Assembly (NCBI GenBank): GCA_016180645.1
Contig: JACPAV010000028.1
Coordinates: 55,606 to 75,605, forward strand
Direction of reading: 5' to 3'
From: Nitrospirota bacterium
GTDB lineage: Bacteria > JACPQY01
Length of the DNA: 20,000 bases
Of the stretch, positions 7,749 through 17,039 are shown piece by piece. The notes under the pieces were generated by a model. The model ran no database searches and had not been told where the DNA came from. It worked only from the letters and a program-made list of their open reading frames with translations. Both the position numbers and the translations under genes were made by a program. The first letter of the stretch is position 1. Each line of letters opens with the position of its first letter.

Positions 7749-9184
7749 ACGGCGAGTTTCGGCGGGACCCAGCCGCCGAAGGCGCGTTCGAGTTCGAGGG
7801 CGACGGCAATGGTGAGATGATCGTGGCCGGGGAGGGAGGCGACTTGAACACCGAGCGGGAGTCCTGCCTTGTTCAGTCCGAGGGGTGTCTGCGTGGAAGG
7901 CATCTCCATCACGTTCAGAATTGGCGTGTACAACCAGTGGAACGGGTATCGCATCGGAACGCGATGTTTCAGAGCAGGGAACGGATACGACGGATAGAGC
8001 ATCACTCCGTTCGGGCCGAGTTCACGCTTGAGCTCCTCTTTGAGTTCGCGACCGATTTGAAGAGCTTTCTCCGCTCTCTTGGGCATCCATTTCGGAATGC
8101 GTTCGAGCGCGGCCAAAGCGATGGCGGGAAATGTATGTTTGGATCGACCGACTAAAGATTTGATCAGTTCAGGGAGCGGACGGAAAGGTTTTCCATCGCC
8201 GAGCATCTCGGTGAAGGTCAGTCCGCCGGACGCGTTCAGCATCGCCCCCCATATCTCGAGTGTCTTCTTGAGGCCTTCGAACCGGGTGGAGCGGACCTTG
8301 GCCCCGCGCTGGGCAAGGTGCTCGGCGCATTTCGCCTGCGCCTCGCGGAGATCCGGACTCACCTTCAGGATTCCGTTGTTCTCCACGTTGAGGACGGTCA
8401 AACCCTTGATCTGGACTTTCGTCGGATCACCCAGCTTGAACGGCCTGCACTCAGAGTCTTTTCCGTCCGGTCCCGCCAGAATTCGCAGAACGGGCATGAG
8501 GTCCTCCGCCTTTCGGGCCAGCGGTCCCGTCGTCACATAGCGCAGCGCTTCATTGGAAGGGATAGGGAACTGGCCTGTTCCCGGCACGAGTCCGCCCGTC
8601 GGTTTGTGCCCGAACACGCCGTTGAAAAACGCCGGCATCCGAATCGATCCCGCGATGTCGGAGCCAAGCCCGAACGGCGTGCCGCCCGCGCTGATGATCG
8701 CGCCTTCGCCTCCCGAGCTTCCGCCTACGATTCGCCTTGGATCGTAAGCGTTGTTCGTGCGCCCGTAGATGGTGTTGTGGGTCTCCATCCACATGCAGAG
8801 TTCGGGAACATTGGTGATGCCCAACGGAATCGCGCCGGCTTTTCGCAGTCGGGCCACCGTGGTCGCATCACTCTTCTGAATGTCGTTCCTCCGCGAATAC
8901 AGCCCGCCCGTCCGCGGAAATCCCTCCACGCTGAAACATTCCTTGATCGTGCAGGGAACGCCGAGGAGGGGCGCGGCCTTTCCATCGGAGGCGCGGACCC
9001 GGCGATCTGCTTCTTTGGCCTCTTTTCGGGCCTCCTCGAATCGATTTCCGACGACGGCATTCAGCACGGGATTGACCTTCTCGATCTGGCGGATGTGGGC
9101 GTCCACGACCTCGGCGGAACTGACTTTGCGCTTGCGAATCATGTCGGCCAACGTGAGCGCTGATGCCTTCAAAAGATCGTCCAT
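7745..9184 (-). CDS. Amidase-signature family amidase (fatty-acid amide hydrolase 2-like)
   Basis: PCTIKE catalytic Lys, TNVPE, GGSSGGEG, GSDIAGSIRMPA (Ser-cisSer-Lys triad), GLPLGVQ; SD AAGGA. Confidence 0.95.
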   Translation of the reverse strand: MDDLLKASALTLADMIRKRKVSSAEVVDAHIRQIEKVNPVLNAVVGNRFEEARKEAKEADRRVRASDGKAAPLLGVPCTIKECFSVEGFPRTGGLYSRRNDIQKSDATTVARLRKAGAIPLGITNVPELCMWMETHNTIYGRTNNAYDPRRIVGGSSGGEGAIISAGGTPFGLGSDIAGSIRMPAFFNGVFGHKPTGGLVPGTGQFPIPSNEALRYVTTGPLARKAEDLMPVLRILAGPDGKDSECRPFKLGDPTKVQIKGLTVLNVENNGILKVSPDLREAQAKCAEHLAQRGAKVRSTRFEGLKKTLEIWGAMLNASGGLTFTEMLGDGKPFRPLPELIKSLVGRSKHTFPAIALAALERIPKWMPKRAEKALQIGRELKEELKRELGPNGVMLYPSYPFPALKHRVPMRYPFHWLYTPILNVMEMPSTQTPLGLNKAGLPLGVQVASLPGHDHLTIAVALELERAFGGWVPPKLAV

Positions 9185-9242
9185 ACGGCTTTCCTTCCAT
9201 GCCGTTCTATGCGATGTCTACCCCTTGTTGCAAGGAAGAAAA

Positions 9243-10061
9243 ATGGACGAAGCGAAAGTGGTGTTGATTACCGGGGCGTCGTCCGGATTTGGGAAACTGA
9301 CGGCCGAGCTGCTGGCGGAGAGGGGATTCAAAGTGTTCGGGACGAGCCGCAAACCGCAATCATCCTCACCGACGGGCGCCCTTGTGATGCTGAAGCTCGA
9401 CGTCTGCTCCGATGAATCCGTGGCCGCGTGCGTCCGATCGGTTCTCGACTGCGCCGGCCGGATCGACGCCTTGGTCAACAACGCAGGATATCAATTGGTC
9501 GGCGCGCTCGAAGAAACTTCGTTGGAGGAGGCGAAGGCTCAGTTCGAAACCAACTTCTTCGGCGTCGTCCGCATGGTGAATGCGGTTCTTCCCATCATGC
9601 GGAAGCAGCGAGAGGGAACCATCGTGAACGTGGGATCGCTGGCCGGACTCATGAGCAGTCCTTTCTCGGGCTTTTACACGGCGACGAAGTTTGCCTTGGA
9701 GGGCTACTCGGAAACTTTGCGCAACGAAGTCCGGCCGTTCGGCGTCCGCGTAGCACTCGTCGAACCGGGTTTCTTCAAGACTCCGATCACCGATGCCATG
9801 AGAGAGGCCGCCCAACGCCTCGATGCGTATTCCGCCCATCGGAACTCTGCCGTGGCGGTGACGCGCCGTTCCCAACAATCAGGTCCGGGTCCGGAAGCGG
9901 TCGCCCAGACGATCCTGGCCATCCTGGAGCGATCCAATCCGAAGTTGCGCCATCGGGTGGGGTTGGATTCCAAAGTTCTTCCGGTGCTTAAAGCGGTCTT
10001 GCCCGCACCGCTGGTCGAGTGGGGCACGCGGGTCAACTTCGGGCTGAACCGAAAACCATGA
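9243..10061 (+). CDS. Classical short-chain dehydrogenase/reductase (17beta-HSD-like), 272 aa
   Basis: TGASSGFG, NNAG, GS, YTATK, EPG motifs. Real start is ATG 9243 (AAGGAAG upstream); the extension to 8880 is antisense to the amidase. Confidence 0.93.
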   Translation: MDEAKVVLITGASSGFGKLTAELLAERGFKVFGTSRKPQSSSPTGALVMLKLDVCSDESVAACVRSVLDCAGRIDALVNNAGYQLVGALEETSLEEAKAQFETNFFGVVRMVNAVLPIMRKQREGTIVNVGSLAGLMSSPFSGFYTATKFALEGYSETLRNEVRPFGVRVALVEPGFFKTPITDAMREAAQRLDAYSAHRNSAVAVTRRSQQSGPGPEAVAQTILAILERSNPKLRHRVGLDSKVLPVLKAVLPAPLVEWGTRVNFGLNRKP

Positions 10062-12501
10062 GAGATTTCCAGGACCGCAGCGAAGCCCTCCTCATCCGTT
10101 TCCGGTGGGCCGTCCTCGCGATCTTCGCGGTGCTCACCGCCGTTTTGGGCTATTACTCGTACCACACGAAGACCAACAACGATTTCGAGGCGTGGCTCCC
10201 CGAGCATGACAGTGTCGTCAAATCGTACAAAGAGGTCGAAGCGAAATTCTCCGCCCATACGGTCGCCGTCGTTCTCCTTGATGTAGGGGATGCGTTTTCG
10301 GAGTCTTCGCTGGAAACGTTGCAGCGTGTGACGCAGCGATTGGCCGAGGTCAAAGGCGTTGCTCGCACACTCAGTCTGACGAACGCGATCGATCTGCGCC
10401 TGGAGGGCGAAACCATCCACGCCGGGCGACTCATCGAGCGTCTCCGCCGGCGCGATCAAATCGACGCCGTGCGGCGAGACGTTCTGACGAACGATCTGTA
10501 CCGCGGCACGCTCGTTTCGAACGACGCGCGCTACGTCACCGTCGTGGTCTCGCTGGACGCGGAGGCCGACGACGTCGCCGTGGCCGCTGAACTTTACAAG
10601 ATCCTGGACGGCATGAAGCTGTCCGCCCCCTACTATCTGGCGGGGGACCCCGCCTACACCCATTTTTCCGATGTCTACATCCAAAAGGACATGAAGGGTC
10701 TGGTGCCTTACGCCATCGGCGCGATGGTCCTTGTTTTCTGGCTCGGATTCAAGAAGCTGAAGTGGGTGCCGTATCCCATCGTGGGCGCCCTCATCAGTAT
10801 CTTCTGGCTCTATGGCCTGAAAACTCTCACGGGCGGAACGATCAATGTGCTTACACCCGGTGTCATGCTCATCCTGCTCGTCACGGCGTCGGACTACTCG
10901 GTCTATTCGGTCAATTATTATCGACAGCAGGGCACGACCAAGGGAATCCATCGTGCCCTTGGAAATCCGCTCTTCTTCTCCTGCCTTACCACCGTGGCGG
11001 GGCTCATGTCCTACACCACCACGGACATCTGGGTCCTGAAGGATTTCGGATACTCCGTTTCGATCGGACTCGCCATCGGCTTCATCGTGAGCTTGGGATT
11101 CGTTCCGGCCATCTTCGGCCCGAAGGTGATCGCTCCCGCTCCCGAATCGAACAATGTGGCCGGGTGGACGCGGGTGAGCGAGAAAGTCATGCGCTGGTGC
11201 CTGGGTCATCGCTGGAGCCTGTTGCTCGCGTCGGTGGCGGCCGGCGCCATCATGATCCCCCAGATGCGGAAGCTCCAGACGAGAACGACGATCTCGGAAA
11301 TTCTGGCTCCCGATTCGCCTCCGCTCAAGGCCGGCGAGATTCTTAACAAGGAATTCACCGGGGCGTATCCCGTTCTCTTCTACATCAAGGGCGATCTCAC
11401 GGATCCGATCACGCTTCGCGCAATGATGCGCGCGGAGAATTTCCTGAGGAACCTTCCGGAAGTCGGCGGCGTGGTTTCTCCCGCGAGCCTCGTGGGTGAA
11501 ACTCGGCGCCTCCTTACCGATTCATACGGCATACCGGCCACCGGGCGGGAGGCGCACGCGATGTATTTCTTTCTCGAAGGCGACCCCTACGTCGAGTCAC
11601 TGGTCGATCCCGAGCACGAGCACGGATTGGTCCTGGGGTACGTGCGGGCGGTGGATACGCAGCAGGTCGGCCGATTGGCGGATGTGTTGGCGGACTATCT
11701 CAAGTCCGAGATGTCCGAACCCTGGGTTGAAGTGGATACACGACTCCTTCCCGGCAACATGGGGCCGCTGGTGCGCAACGCCGCCGTTCGATGGATTGAG
11801 CAGGAAAGGCTTTGGCTCCTGCGCGGACCGGAGCCCGGCTACCCGGAGACTCTGAAACGGCTGGGCGCTCTGGAAAGGGAGGGCGCGGGCACGCTCTTCA
11901 GAGTGCCGCGGAGCGTGGTCGAACCGATTTTGAAGGGCGGAGGACCCGTCCGGATGGCCGGATTCGAGGCCATCCAGACGGGCTATCCCATTCTGACGAA
12001 ACGCCTGGAGCAGCTCCTTCTTTCAAGCCAGAAACAAAGCATTGCCATCGCGTCCATCGCCGTGCTTATTCTGCTGACGATCTCCGTTCGCTCGGCCAAG
12101 ATCGCGCTGATCGGAATGGTGCCGGTCCTCTTTCCACTCGCCCTTGCGCTGGGGCTCATGGGCTTCCTCGGCATCCCGATCGACTTTGGGACCGTTCTCC
12201 TTGGAGGGATCACCCTGGGTCTGGGCGTCGATGGCGCGATCCACGTGCTTTCCTCCGTGAAAGCGAAAATCGGGGAAGGGCAACCGTTCGATGAGGCCAT
12301 GATAGCCACCACCAAGACGGTCGGCCGTTCGTTCTTCATGGCCACAGCCTCCACGCTGGCGGGATTTCTGATCCTGGCCTTTTCCGAGATCAAAACGGCG
12401 TCCAATCTCGCGGTGACCTGCGGTCTCGGCATCTCGCTCGTCATGCTGGCCGTTCTGTTCCTCCTGCCTGCTCTCATGCCATTCGTTCTCAAGCCAAGGC
12501 G

Positions 12502-12505
<4 letters not shown>
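10058..12505 (+). CDS. MMPL/RND-superfamily lipid exporter, about 815 aa
   Basis: Two repeats of TM1 + large soluble loop + about 5 TMs; ASDYSVY and GLGVDGAIH TM4/TM10 motifs; LTTVAG and STLAGF; ATGA overlap with the SDR stop. Confidence 0.9.
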
Positions 12506-12974
<469 letters not shown>

Positions 12975-12978
<4 letters not shown>

Positions 12979-13020
12979 CGCTCCGTGCCGTTGGCGGTAG
13001 CATCACCCCTCTGGAGGTGA
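12975..13020 (+). promoter_or_regulatory. Sigma70-type promoter and RBS of the metallohydrolase gene
   Basis: TTGACG (12975-80), 17-bp spacer, TAGCAT (12998-13003); SD GGAGGTGA (13013-20) before ATG 13025. Confidence 0.65.
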
Positions 13021-13024
13021 TCAC

Positions 13025-16000
13025 ATGCCAAGATCAAGCCGCTTTTCCATTGCTTTTGGAGCTGTTTTCGTTGCCGCCGCGATGGGCGTGGCGCTGTGGA
13101 CCTGCTCCGATTCGGAAGACAAATCCGCAAGCTCGGTACGCGTCGAGTTTGACCTCGACAAACTGATTGGTCCGACCGAGGGCACCGGGGCCGGCGCGAA
13201 GAAGATCACCTCCGAATCCGACCTGATCGGCGGCGAGGCGGCCCAGGGACGTGTGGGCGACACCCTCCTCCAGAACGACAAGATCCGCGTCATCATTCAA
13301 CAGCCGGACCGCAACATCGGCCCGGGCCCATTCGGCGGCAACATCATCGACGGCGACATTGTGCGAAGCGATGGAAAAGGACAGGACGTGATCGGCGAGA
13401 TCTCCGTGTTCTTCAATCTGGGGCGGACGGTGGATGCGAAAACCGTGGAGGTCGTTCGCGATGGCTCCAAGGGCGGCGCGGCCGTGGTGGCTGCAACCGG
13501 GCCGGATGAAGTGCTGGACTACCTCAACATCCGCTCCGTGGTGTCCTCGTATCTCCCCGGCCTGGGGGACTCACTCCCCGTCAATCCGGACGAGGATATG
13601 CCGCTCACGATCACGAACTACTACATTCTGAAGCCCGGCGATTCCGCGGTGCGATTCGTCACCGCGATTCATAATGAAGGGTCCACCGATCAGATCCTCC
13701 TTGCCGGCGATCTGCTCGACAGCGGCGGGACGGTCGAGTTCTTCAACCCCTCGTCCACGCTCGCGGGTTTCGGCTACAAAACGGCCATCCCCGAGAAAAT
13801 GAATTTCCTCGGCTTCCGCGGAAAACAGTCCTCGTACGCGTATGCTCCACCGCTCAAGGACGGCAAGGAGAACGCGGCCTATCTGGCCATCAGCGGAGTG
13901 GCCGGCACCGTCATCGGCACCGTCAACGTCATCCAGACCCTGCTCTCTCCACCGCCGCTCAGAGCCTCCACCGAGGGCGCCCTGGTCGTTCCGGCAGGCG
14001 GCACGGCTTCCTACGAGAGATGGGTCGCCGTGGGAACCGGCTCGCTCAGCACCGTGACCGATGCCCTTTACTCGGCCCGCCAGATCCCGACCGGCCAGGT
14101 TGAAGGAACGGTCGCCGATTCGAGCGGATCGGCGCTGGCCGGAGTTCGCGTTTCTGCAATCAATAATCTCGGCGCCGCGGTTACGCAGTTCCTCAGCGAT
14201 GCAAGCGGCAAGTTCAGCGGCACGCTCCCGGCGGGCACGTACTCCCTGTCCGCCCAGGTCCCGGGTCGGCTCGTCACTCAAAAGGGTTCAGTGACCGTGA
14301 GTCCAGGAGCGGTCACCGCCGGAAAAGTGGTCCTCTCCAAGCTGACCCAGGTGAGCGTAAATATCGCCTCGCCGGGCGGGACGGCGCTCCCCGGAAAGGT
14401 TTCTTTCCTCTGTGCGGACACCTGTCCGGAAGAGAAATCCTCCCAACTGCGCGACATCTCGTACGACTCCGTCGGCGACCCGATCTTCCAGCAGGATTTC
14501 ATCGACAATTCGGGAAAGGCCACCGTGGCCGTCGCGCCTGGGACCTACAAAGTGGTCGTCTCCCGCGGCATCACGTACTCCCTCTGGCCGAACGATTTCC
14601 GCTGGAACGGCGACGTGAGCAAGTCCGGCGGCTACGATCTCACCCTTGCCGAGGGCGAAACGAAAAGCGTCGCGGCAACCCTCGCGAAGGTGGTCGACAC
14701 GTCGGAATACCTCTCGGGCGATTTCCACGTCCACGCGATCAATTCGCCGGACAGCCCGGTGCCGAACCTCGAGCGGGTGATCACTTTTCTCGGGGAAGGC
14801 GTGGATGTCCTCGTCTCCTCCGATCACGACTATGTGACCGATTTTGCACCGACGGTGAAGGACCTGAACGCCGGGTCGTATCTCGCCACCATCGTGGGGA
14901 ACGAACTCACCACGTTCGACTACGGCCATTTCAACGGGTTTCCCGTGCAGGTGAAAGCGGGCAGCATCAACGGTGGCGCGTTCGATTGGGGCGGAGGAAC
15001 GGGGCCGAGCGCGCATCCCGGTGCGATCTTCGAGCAGTTCCTCGCGGAACCGGGGGAACAGGTGGTGCAGGTGAATCACCCGGACTGGGGCTACTTCAAA
15101 TACATCCTGCTTGACGTGAAATCCGGCGCGACGGCCGAGAAACCGTCCAAATTCAGAATGGCCGATCCGGAGGGTTCCACGTCCGCCGACACCAAGCTCC
15201 TAAGCGAGAAGTTCAACGCCATCGAGCTATACAACGGCTTCGACGCCAAGCGATTCAATGTGTGCGCGAACTGGTGGCTGGGTTTGATCAACCGGGGCGT
15301 CGTTACGACCGGCACGGCGGTGTCCGACACGCATCAGTGGCGCGCGACTCAGAGCGGCTTTCCGCGGAGCTACATCCGCGTCGGAGCGGGCAAGGACAAG
15401 ATCAGCCCGTTTGACGAAGCCGCTTTCGTGGCGGCCACGAACGCGCACCGGCTCTTTGGAACGAACGGTCCCTTCGTGCGACTTCACGCCGCGAACGCCA
15501 AGGGTGAGAAAGTGGAAACGGGCGATACCCTCGCGTCCGGCGGAAGTGGACAGACAATCACGTTCACTGTGGAAGTTCAGACCCCCGCCTGGTTCAAGGT
15601 GAACAAGGTGGATTTGATCTCAAACGTGACCGATACGATCCCCGCGGCGGGCAAGACCAACGACCAATCACCGAAACCGCTGGCCACGCAGGAGGTGAAG
15701 CTCACCGATGCCGATCTTCAAGCGGGCGCGGAAGGCGGGGCGGACTACAAGCGCTACGTCGCGACCGTAACATTCACCGATGCGCCGCAGAAGGACAGCT
15801 ACTACGTTGCGCTCGTCAGTGGCGAAGGGAATCTGTATCCGGTGGTGACCGATTCGGTCGCTCCGTTCGCCTTCACCAATCCGGTTTTCGTGGACGTGAA
15901 CGGCGGAGGCTGGAAACCGATGGTCTCGCGCCAAGCCCCGCCCCGCTGGGCGCCTGAAGTTCTGGCCCGCGTGAATCCCGCCAAACGCCAGGCCACCGAA

Positions 16001-16045
16001 GCCGACTTCTGGGCCCTCGTCAAGATCGCCCAGACGATCAAGTAG
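13025..16045 (+). CDS. Secreted/lipoprotein CehA/McbA-like PHP-fold metallohydrolase with carboxypeptidase-regulatory-like beta-sandwich domains, 1006 aa
   Basis: Signal peptide ending ALWTC; GDFHVHA, SSDHD, GNELT, GHFN, VNHP, IELYNG, AVSDTH, TNGP and AFTNPVFVD motifs; central GTV.DSSG..LAGVRV...LPAGTYSLSA domain. Confidence 0.88.
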   Translation: MPRSSRFSIAFGAVFVAAAMGVALWTCSDSEDKSASSVRVEFDLDKLIGPTEGTGAGAKKITSESDLIGGEAAQGRVGDTLLQNDKIRVIIQQPDRNIGPGPFGGNIIDGDIVRSDGKGQDVIGEISVFFNLGRTVDAKTVEVVRDGSKGGAAVVAATGPDEVLDYLNIRSVVSSYLPGLGDSLPVNPDEDMPLTITNYYILKPGDSAVRFVTAIHNEGSTDQILLAGDLLDSGGTVEFFNPSSTLAGFGYKTAIPEKMNFLGFRGKQSSYAYAPPLKDGKENAAYLAISGVAGTVIGTVNVIQTLLSPPPLRASTEGALVVPAGGTASYERWVAVGTGSLSTVTDALYSARQIPTGQVEGTVADSSGSALAGVRVSAINNLGAAVTQFLSDASGKFSGTLPAGTYSLSAQVPGRLVTQKGSVTVSPGAVTAGKVVLSKLTQVSVNIASPGGTALPGKVSFLCADTCPEEKSSQLRDISYDSVGDPIFQQDFIDNSGKATVAVAPGTYKVVVSRGITYSLWPNDFRWNGDVSKSGGYDLTLAEGETKSVAATLAKVVDTSEYLSGDFHVHAINSPDSPVPNLERVITFLGEGVDVLVSSDHDYVTDFAPTVKDLNAGSYLATIVGNELTTFDYGHFNGFPVQVKAGSINGGAFDWGGGTGPSAHPGAIFEQFLAEPGEQVVQVNHPDWGYFKYILLDVKSGATAEKPSKFRMADPEGSTSADTKLLSEKFNAIELYNGFDAKRFNVCANWWLGLINRGVVTTGTAVSDTHQWRATQSGFPRSYIRVGAGKDKISPFDEAAFVAATNAHRLFGTNGPFVRLHAANAKGEKVETGDTLASGGSGQTITFTVEVQTPAWFKVNKVDLISNVTDTIPAAGKTNDQSPKPLATQEVKLTDADLQAGAEGGADYKRYVATVTFTDAPQKDSYYVALVSGEGNLYPVVTDSVAPFAFTNPVFVDVNGGGWKPMVSRQAPPRWAPEVLARVNPAKRQATEADFWALVKIAQTIK

Positions 16046-16055
16046 GGGAATTAAA

Positions 16056-16075
16056 GGTGACAGTATACTCTATTT
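16056..16075 (+). repeat. Left repeat arm flanking the RAYT (GGTGACAGTATACTCTATTT)
   Basis: Exact reverse complement of 16842-16861; contains the RAYT stop codon (CTA at 16070-72). Confidence 0.92.
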
Positions 16076-16756
16076 CTTGGCCCGTCGGCCGCGCGGTCGG
16101 CCCTTCGGCCAGCCGCGTTTGCGCGGGAGGAGGACCCGCCCGAGCTTCTTCTCCCACCGCCTGACCCAGACCAGGTCACCCAAGGGGCGACCCGTCCGTC
16201 CACTCGTGCGAATCCCTTCCAACTCGGCGGGATTCTCTTCGCCCTTCAGGAACGCCGCCCAATCGGATTCCATTTCGCGGAACGGGCTGGACTTTACCAA
16301 GCGGTCGGGTTCCCCCGTCGCATGATGCCGGGCACTGGACCATCGGTGGTCTTGGGCGCGCTTCACCATCCCCGCCCGCACCGGGTTTCGCTCCACGTAC
16401 CGCGCCACGGCCAGAAGATGTCGGTCCTTCTCGATGGGGAAGGAATGGAATCGCTCCTGGAAGAGGTGGCCTCGAACACCCTCCCGGAGGTTGACTCGAA
16501 GCGTGTACTGGCGATGGGTCTCGCCGATCGCCCGCGCCAGGGAATCGGCACGGCCGGGCACGACGAGCAAGTGAATGTGGTTGGTCATCAGGCACCACGC
16601 CCAGATTTCCAAATTGTGCTGGGACGCCGATTCGGCCAGGAGATCGAGGTAGATCAAACGGTCCTTGTCCGAATGGAAGAGTTGAATGGAGCGGACCCCT
16701 CTCTGAATCACATGGTGAGGGGCACCAGGGACGACCACGCGAGCCAATCGCGACAT
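16070..16756 (-). mobile_element. REP-associated tyrosine transposase (RAYT; Y1/HUH, IS200 TnpA superfamily), 228 aa
   Basis: MSRLARVVVPGAPHHVIQRG N-terminus, AWCLMTNHIHLL (HUH), GHLFQERF, YVERNPVRAGMV (catalytic Tyr), WSSA; basic tail KGRPRGRR. True start is ATG 16756; the TTG at 16792 is part of the -35 box. No tnpB. Confidence 0.93.
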
Positions 16757-16763
16757 GAGGCGG

Positions 16764-16792
16764 ATCGTAGGGCGGGTCGCGGCCGCTGTCAA
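16764..16792 (-). promoter_or_regulatory. Sigma70 promoter of the RAYT, leaderless transcript
   Basis: TTGACA (16792-87), 17-bp spacer, TACGAT (16769-64), 7 nt, then ATG 16756. Confidence 0.75.
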
Positions 16793-16803
16793 GAGCTATT
16801 CAT

Positions 16804-16863
16804 GTATACTGTCACCGATCATCCTGCTGCGGGGGTTAAGCAAATAGAGTATACTGTCACCGA
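16804..16863 (-). repeat. Two right-hand repeat arms upstream of the RAYT
   Basis: GTATACTGTCACCGA at 16804-18 and AAATAGAGTATACTGTCACCGA at 16842-63 (45-bp period), both inverted relative to the left arm. Confidence 0.92.
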
Positions 16864-16896
16864 ATATATAAGGACGACCCGGGGAGTCCACATGAA

Positions 16897-16910
16897 TTGA
16901 CCGCCGTCAT
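16897..16910. promoter_or_regulatory. Putative FNR/Crp-family operator TTGAC-CGCC-GTCAT
   Basis: Matches TTGAY-N4-RTCAA at 9/10 positions; upstream of the radical SAM gene. Confidence 0.5.
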
Positions 16911-17039
16911 GTTTTGGTGGCGAATCGGATGGCATCCTGCCCGGCGTATGCGAGAGACAAGATGAGCCAAACAGGTGCCGAGGCCGAGTCGGTCTCCGCG
17001 GCATCGGCGAGAAAGGTCAGGTTTGGAGCCGGATCCAAG

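Noticed and set aside
8880-9242. 121-aa N-terminal extension of the SDR
   Set aside because: Overlaps the amidase on the opposite strand; SDR homology and an RBS start at 9243.
16042-16049. GTAGGGGA matching the start of the GTAG REP
   Set aside because: Only 8 nt, includes the upstream TAG stop, and no hairpin follows.
16070-16756. IS200/IS605 element with TnpB or omega RNA
   Set aside because: No tnpB/iscB gene adjacent; protein length and NPVRAG/WSS motifs fit RAYT.
16757-16792. TTG start giving a 240-aa transposase
   Set aside because: This TTG is the TTGACA -35 box; the family N-terminus begins at MSRLAR.
16804-16863. Mini-CRISPR (two direct repeats with a spacer of about 30 nt)
   Set aside because: Only two 15-nt matches, and the same motif occurs in inverted pairs around the RAYT and at 7692-7748.
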